A stretch of DNA of 30,073 nt from Actinomycetota bacterium (GCA_027324895.1 DAHWFQ010000227.1:1-30073); one strand, 5' to 3'; positions 1 to 11,120 are shown, counted from the stretch's first letter. Program-made: numbers and translations. Notes: generated from the sequence alone by a model not told the origin.

Positions 1-606
1 CTCGTCGCCGGGCCCGTACACCCCGCGATCGTCCACCCAGGAGGGCTGCGGGTCGTGGGGTATGGCCCGCACCGCCAGGTCGTAGACACGCCGCCATGAG
101 CGCCTGTCGGTGACCGCGACCTCACCGGTGGCGAGCAGCCACTCCACGGCGTCCTTGGCCTCCGACCATCGCCACCAACCGGCTTCACGACGGGCGCCGC
201 CCAACTCGGTGGCGGTGAGCGGACCTTGGTCGGCGAGGGCGCGGCGAACAGTGTCGACGGCACGTGCGTTGACACCCCAGCGCTGGGGCTTGGCGAGGAT
301 GCCGCGGCGTCGGAAGGCGAACAGCGGATAGCTCTCGATGGGCAGGATGCAGGCCGCGTGGGACCAGTACTCGAAGGCCCGGCCATGCCCCCAGTACGTG
401 CGCTCCACGCGCTCACGTCCCACGGCACCCAGCCGGGCGTAGGCGGTGAGTTCGTGCGAGCGTGCGAGCACCGAGATGGTGTCGAGTTGGACCGCTCCCA
501 GGTGCGTGAGCAGGGCGGGCACGGACGTCAGCCTGCGACGGTCCAGTCCCTGGGCCCGGATGGCGAGCCGCGCTGCCTCGGAACGTGACAACTGCGGTGG
601 CTGCAT
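1..606 (-). CDS. YcaQ/AlkZ-family winged-helix DNA crosslink-repair glycosylase (3' end outside window)
   Basis: Not in the ORF track. Hand translation from the ATG at 606 is open to base 1: [21 protein letters not shown]...[17 protein letters not shown]...[12 protein letters not shown]...[11 protein letters not shown]...RRVYDLA. The QxD and FEYW.H motifs are typical of the YcaQ (DUF1006) family. Confidence 0.85.
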   Translation of the reverse strand, partial: MQPPQLSRSEAARLAIRAQGLDRRRLTSVPALLTHLGAVQLDTISVLARSHELTAYARLGAVGRERVERTYWGHGRAFEYWSHAACILPIESYPLFAFRRRGILAKPQRWGVNARAVDTVRRALADQGPLTATELGGARREAGWWRWSEAKDAVEWLLATGEVAVTDRRSWRRVYDLAVRAIPHDPQPSWVDDRGVYGPGDE

Positions 607-612
607 CGGCCG

Positions 613-618
613 AATCTA
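613..618 (-). promoter_or_regulatory. -10 box TAGATT, leaderless start of the YcaQ-like gene
   Basis: TANNNT hexamer 6 nt upstream of the ATG at 606; no SD sequence seen. Confidence 0.6.
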
Positions 619-656
619 CCGAGTCGCGATGGGCGGAGGCCGGATCACGGAATGGT

Positions 657-662
657 TACGAT
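657..662 (+). promoter_or_regulatory. -10 box TACGAT for secA
   Basis: TANNNT hexamer about 27 nt upstream of the GTG at 690; SD-like GAAAGG at 677-682. Confidence 0.55.
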
Positions 663-689
663 GGTGCCACGCGTCGGAAAGGTGACCAC

Positions 690-3218
<2,529 letters not shown>

Positions 3219-3380
3219 CGCCGTCCGCAGCAGTTGACGTACGTCGCGCCCTCCGAGGACGGGTCGGCGCGCGTCGATCGCGAACCGGTGGAGGCGGCCA
3301 GCACGGTTGGTCGGAACGACGCCTGTCCTTGCGGTTCCGGCAAGAAGTACAAGCGTTGCCACGGCGCACCCGGCGCCTGA
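3219..3380 (+). other. In-frame SecA C-terminal tail with SEC-C zinc-binding motif, located after the TAG
   Basis: Same frame as secA: [56 protein letters not shown]. [18 protein letters not shown] is the canonical SecA C-terminal motif. Confidence 0.95.
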
Positions 3381-3905
3381 TCAGCCCATCTCGAAGGCCG
3401 TTGCCAGCCACTGGTTGCCCCGGGCGTTGAGCCTGATGGCGACGGCCCGATAGCGCTCACCGTCGTGGACGACGGCGCTGATCTCTGCTGCCTCCGGATG
3501 CGGTTGGTAGCAACGGATCGAGGAGATGCGCGGCCGTGGGAGCACGGAGCCGGACCGCCGCCTGCGGGCGATGCTGTACTTGCTCGTGTGCAACGCGAGC
3601 ACATGGAGTGTGCGCGCGTCGACGAGCCGGGCCAACTGCCCGGCCGGTCGGCTGCCCAGCATGATCTCGAAGGAGGCCTGGGTGATGCGGCCACCCCACT
3701 GCTTGGCATCGGGCAGCGAGCGCGCCGGCTCGACCTTCACCTCCACCGGGCGGGGCACTGACCAGGCCCACTCCAGCGGCAGCACCAACTGCTCGGGTTC
3801 GTCCACCAGGGTGCTCTTGGCCTCGTCGGCCATGGCGAGCAGACGGAGCGTGACGACCGGCGAGCACCCGAGGGCGATGTCCTTACGTGCGGCAACCGGG
3901 CTCAT
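3381..3905 (-). CDS. Rv3235-family protein (174 aa)
   Basis: EIMLGSRPAGQLARL...RISSIRCYQPHPEAAEISAVVHDGERYRAVAIRLNARGNQWLATAFEMG resembles the Rv3235 family, usually found convergent with secA in actinobacteria. The ATG at 3905 overlaps the LysM stop (ATGA); alternative start at 3833. Confidence 0.8.
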   Translation of the reverse strand: MSPVAARKDIALGCSPVVTLRLLAMADEAKSTLVDEPEQLVLPLEWAWSVPRPVEVKVEPARSLPDAKQWGGRITQASFEIMLGSRPAGQLARLVDARTLHVLALHTSKYSIARRRRSGSVLPRPRISSIRCYQPHPEAAEISAVVHDGERYRAVAIRLNARGNQWLATAFEMG

Positions 3906-4579
3906 GCCAGCGCTCCCGGTGGCAGCATGATGTGCTGGCCCGGACGGATGAGTTCGGGATGGTCGCCGATGAGGGCCCGATTGGCGCGCCAGATGGCCTT
4001 CCAGCCCTCGGTGGTCGTCGCGTCCGTGGCATCGTCGAGGTGCGCCTGCGCGATGCTCCAAAGCGAATCCCCGGTGCGCACGACGTAGATCGAGCCGGCC
4101 GACGCGGGGGCGGGGCTGCTGTGCTGGGCGACCTGTGGGGTCACGCTCGCTGCGACGTGTGACGAGCCGCCGTCGCGGTCGAAGTCGAGCTGGGCCGTCG
4201 GTGTGATCGCGGACCGCACGGGCAGCGGTGCGGGCACCGCGGGCGCAGCACGCAGGGCCGGTGCATCGGAGGCCCCGGCATCGCGGTCGAGGTTGATCGA
4301 CGCCAGGGCCTGCTCGTCACCGGACGCCCCGGACGCCCATGTGGGCGCCGCAATCGAGGTGATCCCGATGACCAGGCTGCCGATGAGCTGGGCGGTGCGT
4401 GGCATCACCCGCGCCGCCGTCCCGTGGAGGTGTCGTTGGCCGGTGATCGCGGCATAGGCGTGGATGCAGAGTGCGACCACCAGGCGCAGCATGGGGATGA
4501 CGACCGCCAGCACGAACACGGTGGACAGCGCAATGACCCAACTCGTGGTGAGCGGATCGGACTCGAAGAGTTTGGGCAT
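3902..4579 (-). CDS. Membrane-anchored LysM peptidoglycan-binding protein (225 aa)
   Basis: SD AAGGAGG before the ATG at 4579. Two N-terminal hydrophobic segments, an Ala/Pro-rich linker, and a C-terminal LysM (YVVRTGDSLWSIAQAHL...IWRANRALIGDHPELIRPGQHIMLP). Confidence 0.9.
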   Translation of the reverse strand: MPKLFESDPLTTSWVIALSTVFVLAVVIPMLRLVVALCIHAYAAITGQRHLHGTAARVMPRTAQLIGSLVIGITSIAAPTWASGASGDEQALASINLDRDAGASDAPALRAAPAVPAPLPVRSAITPTAQLDFDRDGGSSHVAASVTPQVAQHSSPAPASAGSIYVVRTGDSLWSIAQAHLDDATDATTTEGWKAIWRANRALIGDHPELIRPGQHIMLPPGALA

Positions 4580-4722
4580 GTGGCCTCCTTGCGGGGATTC
4601 AAGAGCGACGCCACGGTGCCGACAAGGATGCGATCGGGCCACGCATGGACATGTCCTGTGGATGGCGACCGCCGTCGGAGGGGCGGTGCTCAACAATGCG
4701 TCCGTCCCGACGAGGAGGTCGC

Positions 4723-5301
4723 ATGCGTGCATTGGTCCAGGAGCCACGGATCTTGGCGGGCATCGGCCTCATGCTCGCCGCCACCCTCGCCGGCGCGCTG
4801 TTCCTGCAGCACGCCAGCCAGCGCGCGTCGGTCTGGCAGTTCTCCCGGTCGCTGGCAGCGGGGACCGTGCTCTCAGCCGCCGATGTGCACCTCACGGAGG
4901 TGGCGATGGAGGGCAGCGTGTATGCGCGCGCCGCGGACCGCGTCGTGGGCAGGCAACTGGCACGCGATGTCACGGAGGGTGAACTGCTCGCACTGGCATC
5001 GCTGCACGCGGCCACCGCCCACTTCCAGGAAGTCGTGGTGCCCACGGCCAAGTTGCACCTGCCACCGGACACCCGCCGGGGCCAGCGTGTCGCTGTCTGG
5101 TGGAGCTCGCGACCGGACGGCAGCGCGCCGACGACGACCGCTCGCGTGCTCGCCTCCGCGCGCGTCCTGGGAACCACGACCGCCGACGTCGGTGCCGGGC
5201 AGGGCGTGGTGCTCGCGGTGGCGCCGAAGGACGTGCAGCGGTTGGTGCTGGCGATCCGGAGTGGTGACATCGACCTGGTTCGCTTGGACGCCTCGCGATG
5301 A
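4723..5301 (+). CDS. SAF-domain / RcpC-CpaB-like membrane-anchored protein (192 aa)
   Basis: SD GAGGAGG at 4712-4718. N-terminal TM segment, SAF-like VWQFSRSLAAGTVLSAADVHL...GRQLARDVTEGELL, and an RcpC-like C-terminus (GQRVAVW...VLASARVL...VVLAVAP). Confidence 0.75.
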   Translation: MRALVQEPRILAGIGLMLAATLAGALFLQHASQRASVWQFSRSLAAGTVLSAADVHLTEVAMEGSVYARAADRVVGRQLARDVTEGELLALASLHAATAHFQEVVVPTAKLHLPPDTRRGQRVAVWWSSRPDGSAPTTTARVLASARVLGTTTADVGAGQGVVLAVAPKDVQRLVLAIRSGDIDLVRLDASR

Positions 5302-6350
5302 CCACAGGCGTCGGCATGGCCTGCGGTGAGGTGGCCTGGGAGCGGGCAGTCCTCGCTGAGGCCGGCCTGCACGGCGAACTCGAGGTGGCTCGGCGCTATG
5401 TGGATGTGGCAGGCATGGAGCGCGACGCCCGCACCGGGCGGCTGCCGGCGGTCATCATCATGAGCCCGGCCCTGCGCGGGTTCCTCGAGGCCCCGGTCAA
5501 GGCGCTGTCGTCGGCCACACACGTCATCGTCCTCCTCGACTCCATCCGCCCGCCCTGGCTGCTCGGGTCGGGGCTCGACTGCCGTGAAGTCGACAGCCTC
5601 GACATCGCCGCCTTCGTCGACGGTCTGGCCGGGTTGGCGCCACCGGCAGGAGGCAAAGCGCACGGTCAACCGTTCGGCGCCGGAGTCGTCACCGTGTTCA
5701 TGGGTGTGAGCGGCGGCAGCGGAACCTCATCCCTCGCGCACCTGTATGCGCGGTCCCGGCCGGAGTCGCTGCTCGTCGAGGGCGACTGCCTGCACCCGTC
5801 CCTGGCCTTCCTGCTCGGACGTACGGCGGCGTCGCCGCCTCTCGCTGAGGCCATGGACGGCGAGATCGGCGGTGAGGCATTGGTGCGCCTGGCGGGCGAG
5901 GAGCGCGCGCTCACGTTGACGATCGGTGCAGGCGACGAACCGTCGCCGACGGCGTTCCTGCGCGTCGTGGAGCGGGCCAGCCGGTGCTGCCCGGAGGTGA
6001 TCGTCGACGCGGGCTCGGACTCGCCGTTCCTCGAGCCGTTGCTCGCACGCTGTGACCGCCTGGTGGTCGTCACACCTGCGACCCCACTCGGGATCGTCCG
6101 CGTGTGCTCACTCGGTTCGCGGATCCCCCGGCCACCCGGTGGCGTTGCCGTCATCGCGAATCGGGCGCGCAACTCGGCCATCGGCGGCCCGCGCTGGACG
6201 AATGCGGTGCGCACTGTCGTCGAGCGCGAGACCGGCCTGGATCCGGTGTTCGTTGCCGACGACGTGGAGGGCTTCGATCGGGCCTGGCTCAGCGGGGATT
6301 GGCAGCCACTGGGCGGCGCGGTCCCTCATCTGCTGTTCACCCAGTCGTAG
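5298..6350 (+). CDS. MinD/ParA/CpaE-like P-loop protein with N-terminal receiver-like domain and degenerate Walker A
   Basis: ATGA overlap with the SAF gene. VTVFMGVSGGSGTSSLA (Walker A position, no Lys), LLVEGD (A'), VIVDAG (Walker B), CDRLVVVT, VIANR. Confidence 0.7.
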   Translation: MTTGVGMACGEVAWERAVLAEAGLHGELEVARRYVDVAGMERDARTGRLPAVIIMSPALRGFLEAPVKALSSATHVIVLLDSIRPPWLLGSGLDCREVDSLDIAAFVDGLAGLAPPAGGKAHGQPFGAGVVTVFMGVSGGSGTSSLAHLYARSRPESLLVEGDCLHPSLAFLLGRTAASPPLAEAMDGEIGGEALVRLAGEERALTLTIGAGDEPSPTAFLRVVERASRCCPEVIVDAGSDSPFLEPLLARCDRLVVVTPATPLGIVRVCSLGSRIPRPPGGVAVIANRARNSAIGGPRWTNAVRTVVERETGLDPVFVADDVEGFDRAWLSGDWQPLGGAVPHLLFTQS

Positions 6351-6361
6351 CGCGCGTTCGC

Positions 6362-6367
6362 TAGCCT
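6362..6367 (+). promoter_or_regulatory. -10 box TAGCCT, leaderless glgP
   Basis: TANNNT 7 nt upstream of the GTG at 6375. Confidence 0.55.
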
Positions 6368-6374
6368 GCTGCGG

Positions 6375-8927
6375 GTGAGAGCGATTCGACGATTCACCGT
6401 GCGTGCCGTGCTTCCCGAGCCGATCCAGGGGTTGGCCGAGCTCGCCGGGAACCTGCGCTGGGCTTGGCACGCGCCCACGCGTGACCTCTTCGCGGACATC
6501 GACCGCGACCTCTTCGACGCCTTGGGGGGCGACCCCGGTCGACTCATCGCCGAGGTTCGCACGGAACGCCTCGCCGAACTCGCCGACGATGCCGCCTTCG
6601 TGGCACGCGTGGGCGACCTCGTCGACGATCTGCGCGCCTACCTGACGGGCGAGCGCTGGTACCAGCGGCAGCCGGGCCTGCCGCGGGCCATCGGCTACTT
6701 CTCCGCCGAATTCGGCGTGGCCGCGCAGTTGCCCCAGTACTCCGGTGGCCTCGGCATCCTCGCCGGCGACCACCTGAAGGCGGCTTCCGATCTGGGTGCC
6801 CCCATCATCGGGGTGGGTCTCTTCTACCGCTCGGGGTACTTCAAGCAATCGCTGGCCCGTGACGGCTGGCAGCAGGAGACCTACCCGGTCGTGGACCCGG
6901 ATGGCCTGCCCCTGAACCAGCTGCGCGAGGCCGATGGGACCCCGGTGCGTGTCGAGATCGGACTGCCCGGTGGTCGCAGGCTGATCGCACACATCTGGCT
7001 GGCAGCAGTCGGGCGCGTCCCCCTGCTGCTCCTCGACGCCAACGTCGAGGAGAACGCCCCCGCGGAGCGAGAGGTCACGGATCGCCTGTACGGCGGGGGA
7101 CACGAGCACCGACTGCTCCAGGAGGTGCTGCTAGGCGTCGGCGGGATCCGGGCCCTGCGCGCCTACGCGCGGCTCACCGGTACGCCGGATCCCGAGGTCT
7201 TCCACTGCAACGAGGGCCATGCGGGATTCCTCGGCGTGGAGCGCATCCGCGAGTACGGGGCGCAGGGTGTGGCCTTCGAACCTGCGCTCGAAGCGGTGCG
7301 CGCCTCCACCATCTTCACCACCCACACGCCGGTGCCCGCCGGCATCGACCGCTTCCCCCGCGACATCGTGGAGCGCTTCTTCGGTGGCAGCAGTGAGTCC
7401 GATCTGGCGCCAGCCTCACGCATCCTCCGGCTGGGAGCCGAGGACTACCCCGGTGGCGACCCCGACGTGTTCAACATGGCAGTGCTCGGCCTGCGGATCG
7501 GCCAACGTGCCAATGGCGTGAGCATGCTGCACGGCGCGGTCTCGCGCGCCATGTTCACGGAGTTGTGGCCGTCCTTCGACACCGACGAGGTGCCGATCTC
7601 CTCGGTGACCAACGGGGTCCACGCACCCACCTGGGTGGCTGGCCCGATCGCAGCGCTCGCCAAGGGCCAGGCGCTCGACACCGACGAGGCCTGGGCAAGC
7701 ATCGGGGATTCCGAGCCCGAGGCCCTCTGGCGGACCAAGCGCGAACTGCGGGAGCGGCTCATCGCCAACACCCGTTCCCGGCTGTACGCGTCCTGGATCA
7801 ACCGCGGTGCCAGTCCCGCGGAGCTCAATTGGATCGAGAACGTCCTCGATCCGGACATCCTCACCATCGGCTTCGCGCGACGCGTCCCGTCCTACAAGCG
7901 GCTCACCCTGATGCTGCAGGACCCCGAGCGGCTGCGGGCACTGCTCACCCACAGGAAGCGCCCCATCCAGATCGTGATTGCTGGCAAGTCGCATCCGGCC
8001 GACGACGGTGGCAAGCGACTCATCCAGCAACTCGTGCAGTTCGCGGACGAGAAGGATGTGCGGCACCGCATCGTGTTCCTGCCCGACTACGACATGGGCC
8101 TGGCGTCCTGGCTGTACCCGGGTTGCGACGTCTGGTTGAACAACCCGTTGCGGCCCCTTGAGGCATGTGGCACGTCGGGCATGAAGGCGGCGCTCAATGG
8201 AGCGCTCAACCTCTCCATCCTCGATGGCTGGTGGGATGAGTGGTTCGACGGGGAGAACGGGTGGGCCATCCCCACGGCCGAGGGCATCGTCGACCCCGAG
8301 CGACGCGACGAGCTGGAGGCGGCCGCGCTGTATGCGCTGCTCGAGAAGAGCGTCACGCCATGCTTCTACGACACCGACAAGCGCGGCCTGCCGCAACGTT
8401 GGCTGGAGATGCTCAGCCACACCCTGCGCACGCTCGGTCCCAAGGTGTCGGCCACGCGCATGGTGCGGGAGTACATCACCGACCTGTATGCACCGGCAGC
8501 GTTCGCCGGGCGCCGCGTCACCGGCGACAACATGGCGCTGGCGCAGGAACTGGCGAGTTGGAAGGCGCGCGTCCGCGCGGCCTGGCCCGGAGTGGCCATC
8601 GAGCGCATCGATGCCATCGACCTGCCGGACCATCCGCTACGGGGTTCGAACATGACCGTGCGCGCCTACGTCCAACTGGGCGCACTCGACATCGCCGACG
8701 TGGCGGTGGAGCTGGTGTACGGACGTGCCGATTCCAATGACCGCATCGTGAACGCGCGCGTGGCCGCCATGGCGCCCGTCGAGCGCCTGGACGGCAATCG
8801 CCTGCGCATGGAGAGCACGGTGCGCCTGGCGGATGCGGGTGCCCTCGGCTACACCGTGCGCGTGGTACCGCTCCACGAGGGTCTGGTGGGCAACGCGGAG
8901 ATGGGCCTGCAGGTGCTGGCGCACTGA
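6375..8927 (+). CDS. glgP: Alpha-glucan (glycogen/maltodextrin) phosphorylase
   Basis: YFSAEFG, YSGGLGILAGDHLK, HCNEGH, FTTHTPVPAG, GFARRVPSYKR, PLP-lysine motif EACGTSGMKAALNG; 850 aa, typical actinobacterial length. Confidence 0.97.
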   Translation: MRAIRRFTVRAVLPEPIQGLAELAGNLRWAWHAPTRDLFADIDRDLFDALGGDPGRLIAEVRTERLAELADDAAFVARVGDLVDDLRAYLTGERWYQRQPGLPRAIGYFSAEFGVAAQLPQYSGGLGILAGDHLKAASDLGAPIIGVGLFYRSGYFKQSLARDGWQQETYPVVDPDGLPLNQLREADGTPVRVEIGLPGGRRLIAHIWLAAVGRVPLLLLDANVEENAPAEREVTDRLYGGGHEHRLLQEVLLGVGGIRALRAYARLTGTPDPEVFHCNEGHAGFLGVERIREYGAQGVAFEPALEAVRASTIFTTHTPVPAGIDRFPRDIVERFFGGSSESDLAPASRILRLGAEDYPGGDPDVFNMAVLGLRIGQRANGVSMLHGAVSRAMFTELWPSFDTDEVPISSVTNGVHAPTWVAGPIAALAKGQALDTDEAWASIGDSEPEALWRTKRELRERLIANTRSRLYASWINRGASPAELNWIENVLDPDILTIGFARRVPSYKRLTLMLQDPERLRALLTHRKRPIQIVIAGKSHPADDGGKRLIQQLVQFADEKDVRHRIVFLPDYDMGLASWLYPGCDVWLNNPLRPLEACGTSGMKAALNGALNLSILDGWWDEWFDGENGWAIPTAEGIVDPERRDELEAAALYALLEKSVTPCFYDTDKRGLPQRWLEMLSHTLRTLGPKVSATRMVREYITDLYAPAAFAGRRVTGDNMALAQELASWKARVRAAWPGVAIERIDAIDLPDHPLRGSNMTVRAYVQLGALDIADVAVELVYGRADSNDRIVNARVAAMAPVERLDGNRLRMESTVRLADAGALGYTVRVVPLHEGLVGNAEMGLQVLAH

Positions 8928-8931
8928 GGCG

Positions 8932-11055
8932 TCACCTGGCGCGGAGTACCGACACGCTGCGACCAGCGAGGTTGAGCACGGCACCTGCAGCGTGCCGACC
9001 ATGGCCACTCGCGTACGCCGGTGCCCCTGTGTCCAGCTCCGTCTCCCACGCCGAGGCGTAGGGCATGCCGGGGAGGCGGAACTTCACCGGGTCCGCGCCG
9101 GCGTGGAGCAGCAGCAGGAAGCTGTCGCTCACCTCGGTGGAGGTGGGACTCGTCGACGCGCCGTTGAGGAACATGCCGATGGTGCGGGTGTCCGGGGCGT
9201 TCCACTTGTCGCGGCTGATCTCGGCGCCGTCGGTGCCCAGCCAGGCCAGGTCCTTGGCGGCGTTCGCCGCGATGACCTGTCCCCAGCGGTAGTAGGGGCG
9301 CCGGAACACCGGGTTCTCGGCGCGCAGGGCCAGTAGTTGCCGGGCGAACTTGAGGAGCTCGGTCTGGGGCTCCTCTAGGGCCCAATCGACCCAGGAGATC
9401 TCGTTGTCCTGGCAGTAGGCATTGTTGTTGCCGCGTTGCGTGCGCCCGATCTCGTCGCCCATGGTGATCATGGGGACGCCCAGCGAGAGCACGAGTGTGG
9501 TGAGGATGTTGCGCTGCTGGCGCGCCCGCAGTTCGAGGATCGCCTCGTCGGTGGTGGCGCCCTCCACCCCGTGGTTCCAGGAGCGGTTGTCGTTGGCGCC
9601 GTCGCGATTCATCTCGCCGTTCGCCATGTTGTGCTTCTGGTCGTAGCTCACGAGGTCGCGCAGGGTGAAGCCGTCGTGCGCCGTCACGAAGTTCAGGGAG
9701 GCCCTCGGCTTGCGGCGTGCGGCTGCGTAGAGGTCCGCAGACCCCGAGAGGCGCCAGCCGAGATCGGCGATGCCGGAGCCGGCTCCTCGCCAGAAGTCGC
9801 GGACGGTGTCGCGGAACTTGTCATTCCACTCGGACCACAACCCGGGGAAGTGCCCCACCTGGTAACCGCCGGCACCGACGTCCCAGGGCTCCGCGATGAG
9901 CTTCACGGTGCGCAGCACGGGGTCCTGGTTGATGGCCTGGAGGAAGGGGCCGTACATGTTCACGTCATGGTGCCCGCGCACCAACGTCGAGGCGAGGTCG
10001 AAGCGGAACCCGTCCACGTGCATCTCGGTGGCCCAGTAGCGCATGGAGTCGAGCACCAGCCGCAGCACCGCTGGCTGCGAGACGTCGAGGGTGTTCCCGG
10101 TGCCGGTGTAGTCGCGGTAGTAGCGCCGGTCGTCCGCGAGCTTGTAGTAGGCGGCGTTGTCGATGCCCCGGAAGGACACCGTGGGGCCACGCTGGCCACC
10201 CTCTGCGGTGTGGTTGTAGACCACGTCGAGGATCACCTCGATGCCCGCCTCGTGGAAGCGCTTCACCATGGACTTGAATTCGGCCACCTGCTGGCCCTCG
10301 CTGCCGGACGACGCGTACTCGGCGTGGGGCGCGAAGTAGCCGAGGGTGTTGTATCCCCAGAGGTTCGGCATACCGGCGCCCGCGAGGTGCTCCTCCGGCA
10401 TCGACTGCTGCACGGGCAGCAACTCCAGCGCGGTCACGCCCAGCGACTTCAGGTGTTCGATGATGCTGGGATGTGCGAGCCCGGCGTAGGTTCCGCGCAG
10501 TTCCACCGGGACGTCGGGATGGAGTTTCGTCATGCTCTTGACATGCGCCTCGTAGACCACGGAATCCGCCCACGGGGTGTGCGGCCGGCGGTCGGCGCCC
10601 CAATCGAAGGCGTTGTCGACCACGATGGAGAAGGGCACGTAGGGCGCGGAGTCGCGCTCGTCCCGGGTGGAGTCGTCCTCCGGTGAGTAGGGGTTCAACT
10701 TGTGGGCGAAGACCGCGGGATTGCGCACCAGCGCGCCGCTCATGGCCCGTGCGTAGGGGTCGAGCAGCAGCTTGTGCGGATTCCAGCGATTGCCGTGTGC
10801 AGGGTCCCAGTTGCCGTGCACACGGAGCCCGTAGCGGGTGCCGATGCCGTGGCGCGGGATGAACCCGTGGTGGATGCCATCGGTGCGCTCGGGCAGGCGA
10901 TAGCGCGTCTCACTGCCGTCGGCGTGGCGCACGCAGAAGTCCACCGCCTCCGCGCCACCGGACCACACGGCCACATTGAGGCCGCCGTCGCGCGGCGTCA
11001 CGCCGAGCGGATCGGGCAGTCCGGCGCTGACGGGCTCGTCGGTCAGTCCATGCAT
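8932..11055 (-). CDS. glgX: Glycogen debranching enzyme (GH13 with N-terminal CBM48)
   Basis: KLLLDPYA, YEAHVK, NLWGYNTLGYFAP, LDVVYNHTAEG, DGFRFDLA, KLIAEPWD, NFVTAHDGFTL, NAYCQDNEISW. Start refined to ATG 11055 (the ORF track gives 11109). Confidence 0.96.
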   Translation of the reverse strand: MHGLTDEPVSAGLPDPLGVTPRDGGLNVAVWSGGAEAVDFCVRHADGSETRYRLPERTDGIHHGFIPRHGIGTRYGLRVHGNWDPAHGNRWNPHKLLLDPYARAMSGALVRNPAVFAHKLNPYSPEDDSTRDERDSAPYVPFSIVVDNAFDWGADRRPHTPWADSVVYEAHVKSMTKLHPDVPVELRGTYAGLAHPSIIEHLKSLGVTALELLPVQQSMPEEHLAGAGMPNLWGYNTLGYFAPHAEYASSGSEGQQVAEFKSMVKRFHEAGIEVILDVVYNHTAEGGQRGPTVSFRGIDNAAYYKLADDRRYYRDYTGTGNTLDVSQPAVLRLVLDSMRYWATEMHVDGFRFDLASTLVRGHHDVNMYGPFLQAINQDPVLRTVKLIAEPWDVGAGGYQVGHFPGLWSEWNDKFRDTVRDFWRGAGSGIADLGWRLSGSADLYAAARRKPRASLNFVTAHDGFTLRDLVSYDQKHNMANGEMNRDGANDNRSWNHGVEGATTDEAILELRARQQRNILTTLVLSLGVPMITMGDEIGRTQRGNNNAYCQDNEISWVDWALEEPQTELLKFARQLLALRAENPVFRRPYYRWGQVIAANAAKDLAWLGTDGAEISRDKWNAPDTRTIGMFLNGASTSPTSTEVSDSFLLLLHAGADPVKFRLPGMPYASAWETELDTGAPAYASGHGRHAAGAVLNLAGRSVSVLRAR

Positions 11056-11073
11056 GGCGTCACCACGGGGCAC

Positions 11074-11083
11074 AGGGTACCGT
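11074..11083. promoter_or_regulatory. Overlapping divergent -10 boxes: TACCCT (minus, 11079-11074, glgX) and TACCGT (plus, 11078-11083, etfBA)
   Basis: AGGGTACCGT gives a TANNNT hexamer on each strand around a GGTACC core, in a 65-bp divergent gap. Confidence 0.55.
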
Positions 11084-11098
11084 TGGGCGCACCCCGAA

Positions 11099-11110
11099 AT
11101 TGGATCCAAT
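11099..11110. promoter_or_regulatory. Perfect 12-bp palindrome ATTGGATCCAAT, candidate repressor operator
   Basis: Perfect AT-rich dyad between the etfB -10 box and the SD (GGAG 11113-11116). Confidence 0.6.
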
Positions 11111-11120
11111 CTGGAGTGTC

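Noticed and set aside
585-689. Upstream extensions of ORF-track starts (secA 585, LysM 4747, SAF 4645, glgX 11109, etfA 11635, ADH 17164, guaB1 19560, ligA 21073, membrane protein 23303)
   Set aside because: They overlap neighbouring genes or promoters. Downstream starts have SD or -10 support and typical family N-termini.
6348-6377. The ATPase TAG is in frame with glgP with no intervening stop, allowing a possible readthrough fusion
   Set aside because: One-in-three chance, and the 24-nt gap contains glgP's own -10 box. A CpaE-GlgP fusion has no functional rationale.
7276-7291. SOS-box-like TCGAAC-CTGC-GCTCGA
   Set aside because: One mismatch, about 900 bp inside glgP, and explained by the codons for FEPALE.
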